From assembly GCF_964355755.1 (NCBI RefSeq), contig NC_092677.1, forward strand, positions 12,484,101 through 12,548,100: DNA of 64,000 bases, in the 5' to 3' direction. The notes under the pieces are model-generated. The model was not told the origin of the DNA. It was given only the letters and a program-made list of their open reading frames with translations, and searched no databases. Of this stretch, positions 26,289-39,635 are shown piece by piece. The stretch is from Antedon mediterranea (Eukaryota > Animalia > Echinodermata). The position numbers and the translations under genes were made by a program. Numbering within the stretch: the first letter of the stretch is position 1; each line of letters begins with the position of its first letter.

Positions 26289-27180
26289 TCGAAAAATGGC
26301 CAATTCTTTACCTTTTTATTTTTTGACATAAATGGTTACTATAGTATTATAAACATGCGCAGAGTCGAATATTGCGTTCTGCGCATGTCAATTGGCTATA
26401 GTAACCACTTTTGACATAAATGGTTACTATAGCATAATAAACATGCGCAGAGTCGAATAATGGGTTCTGCGCATGTCAATTATGCTATAGTAACCAGTTT
26501 TATCGAAAAATAAAAAGGTCGAAAATTAGTAGTTTTTCTAAAAAATCCCTGTACTATAGTACAGGGAAATTTTCAAAAAATTGCCAATTTTTTACCTTTT
26601 TATTTTTTGACATAAATGGTTACTATAGCATTATAAACATGCGCAGAGTCGAATAATGCGTTCTGCGCATGTCAATTGGCTATAGTAACCACTTTTGACA
26701 TAAATGGTTACTATAGCATAATAAACATGCGCAGAGTCGAATAATGGGTTCTGCGCACGCCAATTGTACTATAGTAACAAGTTTTATCGAAAAATAAAAA
26801 GGTCGAAAATTAGTCATTTTTGGAGAAAATCTCTGTACTATAGTACAGGGAAATTTTCGAAAAATGGCCAATTTTTTACCCTTTTATTTTTTGACATAAA
26901 TGGTTACTATAGCATTATAAACTTTCGCATAGTCGAATAATGCGTTCTGCGCATGTCAATTGGCTATAGATACCACTTTTGACATAAATGGTTACTATAG
27001 CATAATAAACATGCGCAGAGTCGAATATTGCGTTCTGCGCATGTCAATTGTGCTATAGTAACCAGTTTAATCGAAAAATAAAAAGGTCGAAAATTTGTCA
27101 TTTTTTGAAAAAATCCCTGTACTATAGTACAGGGAAATTTTCGAAAAGTGGCCAATTTTCGACCCTTTTATTTTTTGACA
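26289..27180. repeat. Satellite family A block 4
   Basis: Copy of block 3 at a 1796-bp offset (ORFs 24884/26680 and 25168/26964). Confidence 0.95.
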
Positions 27181-28920
27181 TAAGTCTAAGTCCGCTGTGT
27201 GACTTAGGCAATTAAGGAGAGCTGACTTATGATCTGCCTAACTCACTGCTTATATCAATATACTATATTTTTGTGTGTTTCTGCCTAAGTCAGCTGTATG
27301 ACTTAGGCAATTAAGGAGAGCTGACTTATGATCTGCCTAACTCACTGCTTATATCAATATACTATATTTTTTGTGTTTCTGCCTAAGTCAGCTGTGTGAC
27401 TTAGGCAATTAAGGAGAGCTGACTTATGATATGCCACTCACTGCTTATATCAATATACTATATTTTTGTAGATTCTGCCTAAGTCAGCTGTGTGACTTAG
27501 GCAATTAAGGAGAACTGACTTATGATCTGCCTAACTCACTGCTTATATCAATATACTATATTTTTTGTGTTTCTGCCTAAGTCAGCTGTGTGACTTAGGC
27601 AATTAAGGAGAGCTGACTTATGATCTGCCTAACTCACTGCTTATATCAATATACTATATTTTTTGTGTTTCTGCCTAAGTCAGCTGTGTGACTTAGGCAA
27701 TTAAGGAGAGCTGACTTATGATCTGCCTAACTCACTGCTTATATCAATATACTATATTTTTTGTGTTTCTGCCTAAGTCAGCTGTGTGACTTAGACAATT
27801 AAGGAGAGGAGACTCATAATTTTTTTAATAAAATAAGAAATACATTTTTATAGTATATTTTTTAACCCATTTGTTACAAATTCTTTCTTTTTTATTGCTA
27901 CTTTCCTTTTCTAAAATCATCAGTGTTAATTTTAATCTGAAGAGCTGATGCTATTAAATTTTGTTACTTAAAGGTAGCATTTTTTGTATATAGATGATAT
28001 CGACAGCCTCATAACAAAAGTGTCTAAGTCTTAATTTTTTTTTCTGCCTAACTCACTGCTTATATCAATATACTATATTTTTTGTGTTTCTGCCTAAGTC
28101 AGCTGTGTGACTTAGGCAATTAAGGAGAGCTGACTTATGATCTGCCTAACTCACTGCTTATATCAATATACTATATTTTTTGTGTTTCTGCCTAAGTCAG
28201 CTGTGTGACTTAGGCAATTAAGGAGAGCTGACTTATGATCTGCCTAACTCACTGCTTATATCAATATACTATATTTTTTGTGTTTCTGCCTAAGTCAGCT
28301 GTGTGACTTAGACAATTAAGGATAGGAGACTCATAATTTTTTTAATAAAATAAGAAATACATTTTTATAGTATATTTTTTAACCCATTTGTTACAAATTC
28401 TTTCTTTTTTATTGCTACTTTCCTTTTCTAAAATCATCAGTGTTAATTTTAATCTGAAGAGCTGATGCTATTAAATTTTGTTACTTAAAGGTAGCATTTT
28501 TTTGTATATAGATATCGACAGCCTCATAACAAAAGTGTCTAAGTCTTAATTTTTTTTTCTGCCTAACTCACTGCTTATATCAATATACTATATTTTTTGT
28601 GTTTCTGCCTAAGTCAGCTGTGTGACTTAGGCAATTAAAGAGAGCTGACTTATGATCTGCCTAACTCACTGCTTATATCAATATACTATATTTTTTGTGT
28701 TTCTGCCTAAGTCAGCTGTGTGACTTAGGCAATTAAGGAGAGGAGACTCATGATTTTTTAAATAAAATAAGAAATACATTTTTATAGTATATTTTTTAAC
28801 CCATTTGTTACAAATTCTTTCTCTTTTATTGCTACTTTCCTTTTCTAAAATCATCAGTGTTAATTTTAATCTGAAGAGCTGATGCTATTAAATTTTGTTA
28901 CTTAAAGGTAGCATTTTTTG
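27181..28920. repeat. Satellite family B block 4 (expanded)
   Basis: Runs of 98-bp units separated by three spacers, the last truncated. Confidence 0.95.
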
Positions 28921-30060
28921 CGTGCGCAGAGTCGAATAATGCGTTCTGCTCATGTCAATTGGCTATAGATACCACTTTTGACATAAATGGTTACTATAGC
29001 ATAATAAACATGCGCAGAGTCGAATAATGGGTTCTGCGCACGCCAATTGTACTATAGTAACAAGTTTTATCGAAAAATAAAAAGGTCGAAAATTAGTAAT
29101 TTTTGTAAAAAATCACTGTACTATAGTACAGGGAAATTTTCGAAAAATTGCCAATTTTTACCTTTTTATTTTTTGACATAAATGGTTACTATAGCATTAT
29201 AAACATGCGCAGAGTCGAATAATGCGTTCTGCGCATGTCAATTGGCTATAGTAACCACTTTTGACATATGGTTAATATAGCATAATAAACATGCGCAGAG
29301 TCGAATAATGGGTTCTGCGCATGCAAATTGTACTATAGTAACAAGTTTTATCGAAAAATAAAAAGTTCAAAAATTTGTCATTTTTGTAAAAAATCGCTAT
29401 ACTATAGTACAGGAAAATTTTCGAAAAATAATGGCCAATTTTCTACCCTTTTATTTTTTGACATAAATGGTTACCATAGCATTATAAACATGCGCAGAGT
29501 CGAATAATCGGTTCTGCGCATGTCAATTATGCTATAGTGATAAGTTTTATCGAAAAATAAAAAGGTCGAAAATTAGTAATTTTTCTAAAAAAAATTTTTC
29601 GAAAAATGGCCAATTTTCGACCCTTTTATTTTTTGACATAAATGGTTACTATAGCATTATAAACATGCGCAAAGTCGAATAATTGAAACCAGTTTTATGA
29701 AAAAATAAAAAGGTCGAAAAAATCCATATACAGGGAAATTTTCTAAAAATGTGCAATTTTCGACCCTTGTGAAAACAATGGCCTAGATTTTGACTTTTCC
29801 AAAATATTGAGGTAACATGCAAAGACCACATTATTAGATTCTGCATGTCACAATATGTTAAAGTAATTATGTCGGGAAATAAAAGGGTTGAATTTTGGCC
29901 GTTTGAGAAAAAGATTTTTAATAAAAAGGCGTCAAGACTTTGAAACATAATATTTTGAGTTAAGATGAGCATACCACATTATCTGCGTCTGCGCATGTTA
30001 CATTATAATAGTAACCAGTTCTGTAAAAAAATAAAAGGGTCGAATTTTGGCCACTTTTTG
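28921..30060. repeat. Satellite family A block 5 with degenerate right edge
   Basis: Units intact to ~29680, then decaying copies (ctgcgcatgt, aaaagggtcgaattttggcc). Confidence 0.85.
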
Positions 30061-30494
30061 AACAAATCCTAATACTGCCCTCTATAGTTTCAAGAAAACA
30101 ACTACTTTCCTAAACATATTTAGGAAAAAATAAAAAATATTTAGGATAAATAAAACTAGATTTTAATATGTTCTTTCTCAATCAATTCTTTTTCAAAAGA
30201 GTTACAAAAATTTAACTTTTTACTTGTAACTTGTTACTTGTTTGCTTTTATTATTGCTTTTTCTTTTATATCTTTTTTTATTTTTGTAAATGTTGTTGTT
30301 AACCATACCTTGATATTAAGGTGAATGTTAATAAATTTGAATTTATAGTGTTTGCATAGCTATCCCCATTATTGGGGACATTTCACCGTCATTGACATTA
30401 TGTTGACATAGCACAACAATGAGAGACATTAATTTTGATGAGAAGGTCATGGAACACTAATTAATTTTAATTGAATTGATTGAAATATATATTT

Positions 30495-30788
30495 ATACTG
30501 GGTAACCTCTTCAGTCAAAGACTGGTCTCCCAGAGGGCCCAGTTGGTGATCAGTGGCTGTGATGTACTAATACACCGGGGTAACCCCCTACTCGTCTCGA
30601 AAGATGTACTAGGTTCTTTAAAGTGCACACGAGCAAGTTGTGTACACTGGACCTACGGTTTATAGTCCTTATCCGAGAAGACTCGTTCTACCACCAGAAC
30701 CATGGAGTGAGTGAGCCTCGAACCCCTGCCGATGTTATGGCTACGTGATTACGGTTCCACTGTCTTAACCGCTCGGCCACTCACCCAC
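30495..30788 (-). mobile_element. tRNA-derived SINE with Deu/Nin-like central domain
   Basis: Minus strand shows A box TGGCCGAGCGG and B box GGTTCGAGGC, then ctcggataaggactataaaccgtaggtcc...aaagaacc...ggggttaccccggtgt resembling the DeuSINE core (recalled from memory); second copy at 9395. Confidence 0.75.
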
Positions 30789-30874
30789 AGAAAAACAACT
30801 AAAAACCTGAGACCTGTAACCCTTGGTAGGGTCATCATAAAAAAAAATTAGAATAACGTGAGTTACCTAATTTC

Positions 30875-30992
30875 ATCTATACAGTATATTTTAATCTATA
30901 CAGTATATTTTAATCTATACAGTATATTTTAATCTATACAGTATATTTTAATCTATACAGTATATTTTAATCTATACAGTATATTTTAATCT
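30875..30992. repeat. 19-bp minisatellite x6
   Basis: atctatacagtatatttta repeated perfectly. Confidence 0.95.
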
Positions 30993-32693
30993 CTTATAGA
31001 TCATCGGAATGTGACCCATGTGATTAAACATGTGATGTTTGTGATGCCTGTTTACGCTCTGTGTTAGATTAGGAAAATGTACTTCATACAATGTATACAT
31101 TTGACTTAAAATGAAACAAAACAAAAAGATTTGTATTGAATTTTGAGGATGCTATAAATCAGACAGTATTTACACTTAAAATAAAAATCATAATGTACCG
31201 CACTTCTGTTAAGACAAATGTAGGCCTAATAATCAAAGATGAATATTTTCAGTTATTATGCAGAATTTTTAATTTTAATCAAGCCCCAAGTCCTGATTTT
31301 AATGCAGAATTATAAGCGAAATGAAATAATATATAATTCATAGGTGATGTAATTGAAAAAAATAAATCAACTTCTTGTTTTGAAGTGTAATTAAATTCAA
31401 ACAATAATGTAACCTATTTCAATAGATAATACATACAGAAATATCGCCACTTTACACAAGTTTTAATAAGGAAATTGATTTTACATTAAAGTTGCTCATA
31501 CAAATCTAATGTTTAATTAGAATTTGCAAATCTGAAAGTGCTAAGATAACGAAGTTCTTCCAATTTTGAATTTACTAATGATTGATTGAATTTAGTGATT
31601 TTATGACGACTCTTGGCACACTTTTGTTCTATAACCTACTATCTTTGAATCAAAACTATTAGAACAATTTATTAATATTTATTACAATTATAACTGCAAT
31701 ATTAAGTAAGTAATTAAATTTATTGTCATTTGTAAATATATAAAAAACATTTACATTGAAATGAATTGAACGGTTTCGGCTAACAACAAATAAATAGAAC
31801 TTAAATACTTGGTGAAACTATCCCCCACCGGACACCATCCGGGTATTTATAGAACTGGTTTCGGGGTTGGTAAAAAACTAAACCCTGCCGGACACCATAC
31901 TGGTATTTCAAAGTTTCGGGGACAGAAACATTAAATATATTCATATTTGATTAGACACTATAAAGTACAGTATATAATATATATAGTTAAAGAAAGAATG
32001 TGATAACAGTGATATTCAAAAATTATAATGTGTAAATAAAATAATAATTTTAACTAAATACATTAGAAAAGTCATTCAAACATAAAACAATTTTAATGAT
32101 GCATGATAACAATCCTTATACAGTAGTGTACCTTTGATGTCTAAGGATGAAACCGCAATGACCTCTCTTTGTTTCAGTAACTAGGCCTGTCTATAATTCA
32201 ACAAATAATAATTATCATTATTACAATTTCATTGCAACAATGGGTTGAAAAGAAAATTAGAAGGCAGCTGCTCTTAATTTTTTGAACGCTTATTGATAAT
32301 TTAAAGTTGCTAATGAATGCAGAAATTAATTGAATTAAAACCCTTTTAGATACCAATATTCAGAGACAATATATGACATATGTTCAGAGACACACTTGAA
32401 AATAAAGATTAAATTGTCTTTGATTAATTAAATTTAATTAACTTGGTTTCTGTAGAGGATTGTTTTAACTGAAAGTGGTAGAATATATATATTTAATTTT
32501 TAAAGTTAATACTATTTTTTTACATATCAAAATTTTGTTTACATATTTTTGTATGTTATTTTTTAAAATAACAAACAATTTATTAGCAAATTTATCAGTA
32601 AGAAAATTCAATAACTTTATTTGAAAGAGTTTTTTTTCATGTAATAAGCTTTCCCATTGAACTAAGTGTGAACAGACCGTATTTTGAAGACTG

Positions 32694-32840
32694 TGGTCGT
32701 ATTCACCATTCACACTTAGGCTAAGGAAAACTACACATCCAAGTGAATACAATTTAGAGAAATACTATTTATTGAGTTAATTCAAATAGTTATTATTTAA
32801 GGAAAATATTTCACTTAAGTGAGATTGGTGAATACGGTCA
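32694..32840. mobile_element. MITE-like element with ~26-bp imperfect TIRs
   Basis: tggtcgtattcaccattcacacttag ... ttaagtgagattggtgaatacggtca. Confidence 0.6.
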
Positions 32841-34007
32841 CTAGTGCTTACAAAAATGTTAGTAGTAAAGGAAGCAATGAAATAGGCCTAGAGTAAATAG
32901 AATTGAGAACAGTCAACATGAAGTGGTTACGTTCAAAACCATTGGTTTAAGATTGTTTTACATTTGTTATAAAATGTCATTTGCTTGATTAAAAATATAA
33001 ATTATAACATAAGAGTTTTGCTTGAAGACTTGGCAGAAAAAAAAAATGGATTTGGATTGGTACCGGGCTAGTAGTACACTTTGTAATGTACTTTTCACAG
33101 TAATATAAGTCTATGACTCTGATCCATGTACTGCAATGCCACATTCCATAAGATACAGTAGTTATCACAAAAATGCCACCCTTTTCTATTTCTCTGATTC
33201 TGAATATTTAAAAATACATTACTTTGATTAAGATTTGCTAAAATTACAATTCTTTGAATATATTTATCCAGGTCAGTAAAGCAACGGAGGCATGAATCAA
33301 TAATCTTGATTAATTCATGCACTGAACATAACATATTTGCATCATATTTGATAATAATTTGTTTGTAGAAGTCGCCTAAGAATCAATGACCCCAAATAGC
33401 TTGTTCAATTGATGCTTAAGCCGCAACTCAAATGGAAAAACTCTTTGTCCCGAGGCTTTACGTTTCTTACTTGAAAATATGAAATTTAAGGATTAGAAAA
33501 ATAATTAAAAGTACAATTAACGGAAGATAGAATTGAAAATGAAGAAGTATTTGAAATGGAACATAGATGATGGATTTAAAGTGAATTCTTCCACGGTAAT
33601 AATACATTATAACAAAACAAAAACGCTTTAGTAAATTGTTTTCATTTTAGATCGGTACTCGGCATCATTTACTTTTGATTATGTGAGTTTTGTAATTAAT
33701 AGCGACAATGGAGGATCTGTGTAAGAACCAATTAATTAAATGTACGATAAGAGTTTAAAACGTATTGACAAGTTTTATTAAAAAAGGTATTAAATAACTT
33801 GCAATGCATACTAATACGATACTCGGATGTCTAACTATTGTCTTTGCTAATTCTAATTCTGCTTAAGATTACACCGTTGTAGAATTCTTAATTCTGAATA
33901 TTCTAATTCTCAAATAGCAGTTTCACAAGTACATAAATATATTTACTTCTTCTTAGTTTAAACAGAATGGTGGTGTGGATACTTCTCTACAGATATGAAA
34001 AATGTCT

Positions 34008-34215
34008 TTCATCATCATTATTATCATCATTGGCTATTATTATCATTATTATCATCATTGGCTATTATTATCATTATTATCACTATTATTATTATCACTA
34101 TCATTATCATCACTATCATTACTATCACTATCATTATCATCACTATCATTATCATCACTATCATTAATATCATCACCAAACACCACTACTGTATGTAGTC
34201 ACTATTATCACTATA
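34008..34215. repeat. Compound (ATC/ATT/ACT)n microsatellite
   Basis: Trinucleotide low-complexity tract that explains the poly-I/H/Y ORFs. Confidence 0.9.
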
Positions 34216-35330
34216 CCAACATCAGCATATAGTACAAGCACCTATAGTATCACCATCAACATCACTACCACCAATGACATCATGTATATGAAAAACATCA
34301 CACCATTATCAACAATGTTTACAATTCAAAAATCTTTTCATATAAAGAACTAAGAAATTACACAAGTTCATTAAAATTATGGTATAGGATGTTGGCCCTG
34401 GATAATTATGCCTGAAAACAATGCTAGTAACAGCAATGCAAACTATTAAATATGTATTTTTTTTATAATACTTTAAATTAACCAATCAATTGTTGAAATG
34501 AAAAAGTAGGTATTTGTAATTAGTAACAATTATTAAATTAATTATTATAACTACTTACATCTTTAACAAGGTTCTTCCCAAAGAAATTACTTTATATTAT
34601 TACAATATATTTTATTATTAACAATTTGTTTTACTTCATATTTCAAATTCATAAACTGAAAAAAAAACAAAAAGTATTGGATTAGTTTAAATGTTTTGTA
34701 GAATATGCTATGACATATCAGAAACAAACTTATTATTTTCTTTTAACAAAGTTTAACAATAAAAAAAAATATATATTACTTAATATACAATTACATTTAT
34801 AGATATTTTTATCATTATCCTATATTGGGTGATTTATTTTAAATTAATAATGAAAAAAGACTACATTATAAGGTCAAGTTTGTATAGAGGTCACAGACAT
34901 GGTCAATCTAGTGCACACCAAAACCAAAGGTCATAAAGTTGAGATTGTTAAATTTTTCACAGTCTGCCGCTGCCCGCTGCCGCTCACTGTATCTGGGTTG
35001 TACTGTCAACCAAAGCAAAGCGTAATAAATTACACAACTATGATTTATAGTTATCAAAAAAAATAATTTATTCAAAATGTACATTCCACGGGGAATAAAT
35101 CTAAATTGCTATTTACTGTAAATTTAGTCTAGATATGCGGTAACAGCCCAAAGCAAGAATACATATTTATATAGAGTATTATTCCGACACAAAATCTCAA
35201 TTAGATTTTCAGAAACTAAGATTGAAATTAATACTTTAATTACATAAAATAAGCAGATTGTGTAATTTTTGCTAATGAAATTTATTTTTCTTTGTTCGGA
35301 GTTGAACTTGAAATTCCTCGACCTTGAGAA

Positions 35331-35628
35331 CATTTTTAGAAAACACAAGTTTATATTTTAGATTATCCCAAGTTATAAATAAACATAACTTTTTAAAATT
35401 TAAACATAATAATACTGTATATATATTTTCCAATATTTGTTATTTGATTTGAAGAACTTTTAAATAAAAAATGCTCAACTTTGATTACATTTTAGAAAAC
35501 ACACGTTTAGTTTTTAGATTATCCCAAGTTAAAATAAATATAACTTTTAAAAAATTAAACATAATAATACTGTATATATATATTTAAATATTTGTTATTT
35601 GATTTGAAGAACTTTTAAATAAAAAATT
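35331..35628. repeat. ~157-bp tandem duplication
   Basis: ttttagaaaacac...agattatcccaagtt...gaagaacttttaaataaaaaat occurs twice. Confidence 0.85.
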
Positions 35629-38600
35629 ATCTAACTAAACTATTATTAACAAAAAACATATATTATAATAAAAATTGCTGGTAGATAAGTTGAAAATTAG
35701 AATTAGAACAATAGACTCATCACAGACTTACAATCTTGGCTTGGTGAATATGGAGGACCATGATTACTATATTGATATTTAGTGAAAGAAAAGAAAATGA
35801 GCATGTCACTGTGAGAGGATACTTGTAGATAAGAAGTGTCATTTTAACCTATGCTATGGTATCAGAGGCTTTTATAAATAAATATAATCAGGATAGAAAA
35901 AAATCACTTAAGTTTTAATTTTAATATTAAAAGTTTCCTTAGAGAGTAACGTAAGTGCACATATTATCACTAGTGTCTTTAAACTGTCAGCTACTCTCAT
36001 TAAAATTGTTATTTTAAATTGTATAAAACCAAATTTCAAACTAAAAGTTAAACATCAACAAAGCAATAATGAAACTGACATTAAAACACAATATGTTTCC
36101 AAACGTTAAATTGATTTTTTTTTAACGATTAACTTTTACTAAATGTCACATTTTAGTTGCACTAAAGAAAAGATATTGTATGAGAAGTCATTTTTTGGAA
36201 GGGGGTTAGGTTAGGGCAGAATAAATGTTAGAAAATGTACTTTATTTCATTATTTGTTAGAAGTGAAGGTGCATAGGGTTGCTACCAACACAATGCAACA
36301 GAAATAAATCCATGATACTTCATGTAGCCCTAATTTGTAGACTTTCCAGCTCTAGGAAGATCAGTCAATCACACATTTCATCTCCACAAAAAAAAGCATG
36401 AAAAATAATGGTAAAAACCACATAAAATGTAATGCATACAGTATATTTCTGCCAAAAACATCAACATCAATGACTCAATAAAGTCATCAGTTAAATTTGA
36501 CCGGCTGCGATTACAATCAATGTCAACAATAATGTTTCATGCGCAACCCCTTCTTATAAATGTACTAGTCTTGTTAGCATATGGCATATGTTGTCGAGCC
36601 TAGACAACTGACTCTTGAAAGCCTTTATATCAACTTTCTTCATATATTATATTATTTAAGTTTTAAAAAACAATGTTATGAAATATATAAATACTTTATT
36701 TCAACATGGAAAAGCTATCACAAAAGGTAGTAATCAATACATTAGTAATTTAAAAATAACAAAAAGAGATAAAAATTACCAAATTACCAAAAATTGTTTT
36801 ATCATTGTCATAGCTATTTTCAACATTTTATTTATTAAGAAGTTTCTGGTTCTGCTAAAAAAAGTACAATTACTTACAATTACCATCTAACATCCTCAAA
36901 GTCTATCTTCCAACACAGAATTCTTTGACCAGTAGTTACCAAAGTTACTGATCCATAAGCACCTCTGTTGGAATATCATAATTAACCCCTGCATAACAAT
37001 TTGTAAGGTACTTCATCAACTTGGTAGGGTGCAGTGGCCTATACCATTTTAGAAGCAAGTAGGCCTACAATTTTTTATTTTTGTATTTAAAACACTAATT
37101 TTAATAACAGTCCAACAATATTTGAGTATTAACAGCGCTGCATAAGTGCTTAAAACATTTTCTTGATATAAAAGAATTCTAGGCCTAATGACTGGCAATT
37201 CCAGGCTAATTATTTAGTGGAAAGAAGACGGATTAAATGCATTACGTTGCGTCATTAAAAACCTATTAAAATGGGAGTCACTCATTTTGCGTGGTTATTG
37301 ACGATAATAATGACCACTTCTAACATCAACGTTTTTAAAAAATGTAATTAACTAACGGCATGCTGGATGTCATTAGAGCATAACTGTACTTGTAATTATT
37401 GTTTGAATGTCAATTTTCGTCCATTTATTTTTTTTTATGCAAAAGTAAACCCAAGTGATGATATCTAAAGAATATTTACATTATAAGTATTAACAAAATA
37501 AATATACTAACTTTATATTGGTCATAGAAAGTAAACAATACTGAATAATTTTTGCATTTAAAATTGTTTTATAAATAAATAGAAATATTTATAGAAATAA
37601 ACGAAGTTGAAAGTCTAGAATTTAACATGAAGGTAAAAAGAAATATAGTATCCATCACCTGGCAGATCCAGGACCTAAAAATGTAACCTGTTTCCTACTT
37701 TATTCTAAAAAAATCAGGATGGTGATTTTAATCCAACTCTGACTTCTAAGAAATGTCCATTTTAAAGTAAAGTATAAATAAATAATTAAAATCAAAGAAG
37801 TATAAAAAGGTTATGTCAATTTACATACTATAACGGACAATTTGAAATAACTGTGACAGCACCCTCTAGAGGCCTTCATACTGGATGTAACGGTTCTGTC
37901 CAAACCATGAAACTACTGTACTGTAGTCGATTGTTGAATAATACTGTGGTAACATGTCAAAACTTTCTCATCCAATTATCAATGATGGTGTGAAATGTGT
38001 CACATGACTCAAAACACAAACCATCCATCATCACTATGGCAACCTCATCTGTCTTTGATGTCCAGATGATGGTTGTTTAAACTGACAATTTATTCACCAA
38101 CCTAGTTTTGCTAATTGTTTTCATAAAATAATATATTATCTATGATTTTTTTTTTATAATATATTCTTTGGGTTTAATGCTGAAGTAGCATCATTTTACG
38201 TTGATGAGTAGCCTATTTTTGATTGGCATCTATATAGTTAAACTTCTGCAGTCAAAAGAGATACATTGTAATTATTAGGCAAGAAATAAAAATATTATTA
38301 GTTTTGTTGAAATCAGTCCAAAGAAACTGTGTGTGTGTGTTACCAGAGTATTATTTTAATAGCAATTTACAGTAAATACAGCTTAACTGAAAACCAAATT
38401 GTGCTATTTGGGGTGGGTGAGTGAGCAAGTACGATGTATTAACCATTTAATAATTAATTACTATTAAAATATAGCAAAAAAACACAAAATCAGTTTTTTT
38501 TTTTTACTGTAATATGAAATGTGTGCTTTTGACTATTCTGTAATATTATATGCATTGGATAATAAATATTATTAATATTTTTTTTTTTCAAATTTAGTAT

Positions 38601-39164
38601 TCATAGAGATTCTTATTGCTTAAAGCTTATATCATATTTTGGCATTTCTAAGTTTTTATGTTGTACCACATTTTTTGTTCATTGTAAATTCAAGCGCCAA
38701 GTTTGCTAATTCATCCAAAATGACAATGAGAATGTTGTCATGAGATAGCAAAATATGTAATTCAATTCTTAACGACGAGAGCAATGTCAGAACTCATCAA
38801 CAGCAGAATGACAATCGGTCAACGAGGGCGTACCATACATGCAGCGTAAAAAAACAAATCCTCCAGCATTAAAATCAGAGACATAGATTTATTGAGCTTG
38901 AATATTCTGATTCTGTTCAAAAGTAAGCGGTATTTCTTTAATCTAATCTTATAATAAGATAATCTTATATATCATATCATGTTTAGAACTTAAACATAAA
39001 AAAAATAAAATATGGAATTGTTATACAAATTATGAAATAGGTAAATTATTTAAAACAGAATATTATATTGTACAAATATAAAAGCATGTGTAAAAATTAC
39101 TAAAATATCATAATGTCATATATCTATAACAGTAGGGGAGACCTTTGGGATCAAACACAATCTC

Positions 39165-39635
39165 CTCTTAGTAGGAGTATCGCTTCAATAGGAGTTTTAA
39201 AACATATATTTCCACTTAATTGAAGTATCCATGTGAGGTGTCCCTTAAATAGGAGTTGTTTAAAATATATATTTCTCCTTGTTTGTTTCTCAAGAAAGTG
39301 TCCCAAAGAAAGAATTACACTGGTTAATATCTATAAGATGGTGATGAGGATGATGATGATAATAATGATGAACTTTGATGCAAAGTAATTATTATGTTAT
39401 ACATTTATTACAGTAGACCAAAGAATGTGGCCTCTTAAGCGGAGTGTCTCTTAAATAGAACTTGATAGTTTTATAACATATAGGCCTATTTCCCTTCATT
39501 TGTTTTACATTATTAGAGTATCCTACTTAATAAGGGTGTCCCTTAAATAGGAGTTGGCTGTTTTAAAACATATATTTCCCCTTGTTTGTTTCTCAAGAAA
39601 GTGTCCCTTTAATATTGGTGTCCCAAAGAAGGGAT
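39165..39635. repeat. Degenerate local repeats
   Basis: gtcccttaaataggagttg and ttgtttgtttctcaagaaagtgtccc each recur. Confidence 0.55.

Noticed and set aside
18146-27155. Repeated 63-aa ORFs (MAIFRKFPC...)
   Set aside because: Translations of satellite units using non-ATG starts; no domain similarity
15305-29770. CRISPR-like array of palindromic repeats
   Set aside because: Intervening sequences are themselves repeated rather than unique spacers; no cas genes; eukaryotic context
30700-30788. tRNA gene
   Set aside because: A and B boxes present but no convincing cloverleaf; continues into a SINE body
31822-31922. Two ccggacaccat...gtttcgggg copies
   Set aside because: Short degenerate duplication with no assignable element or function
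33967-34232. His/Tyr/Ile-rich ORFs
   Set aside because: Microsatellite artefacts
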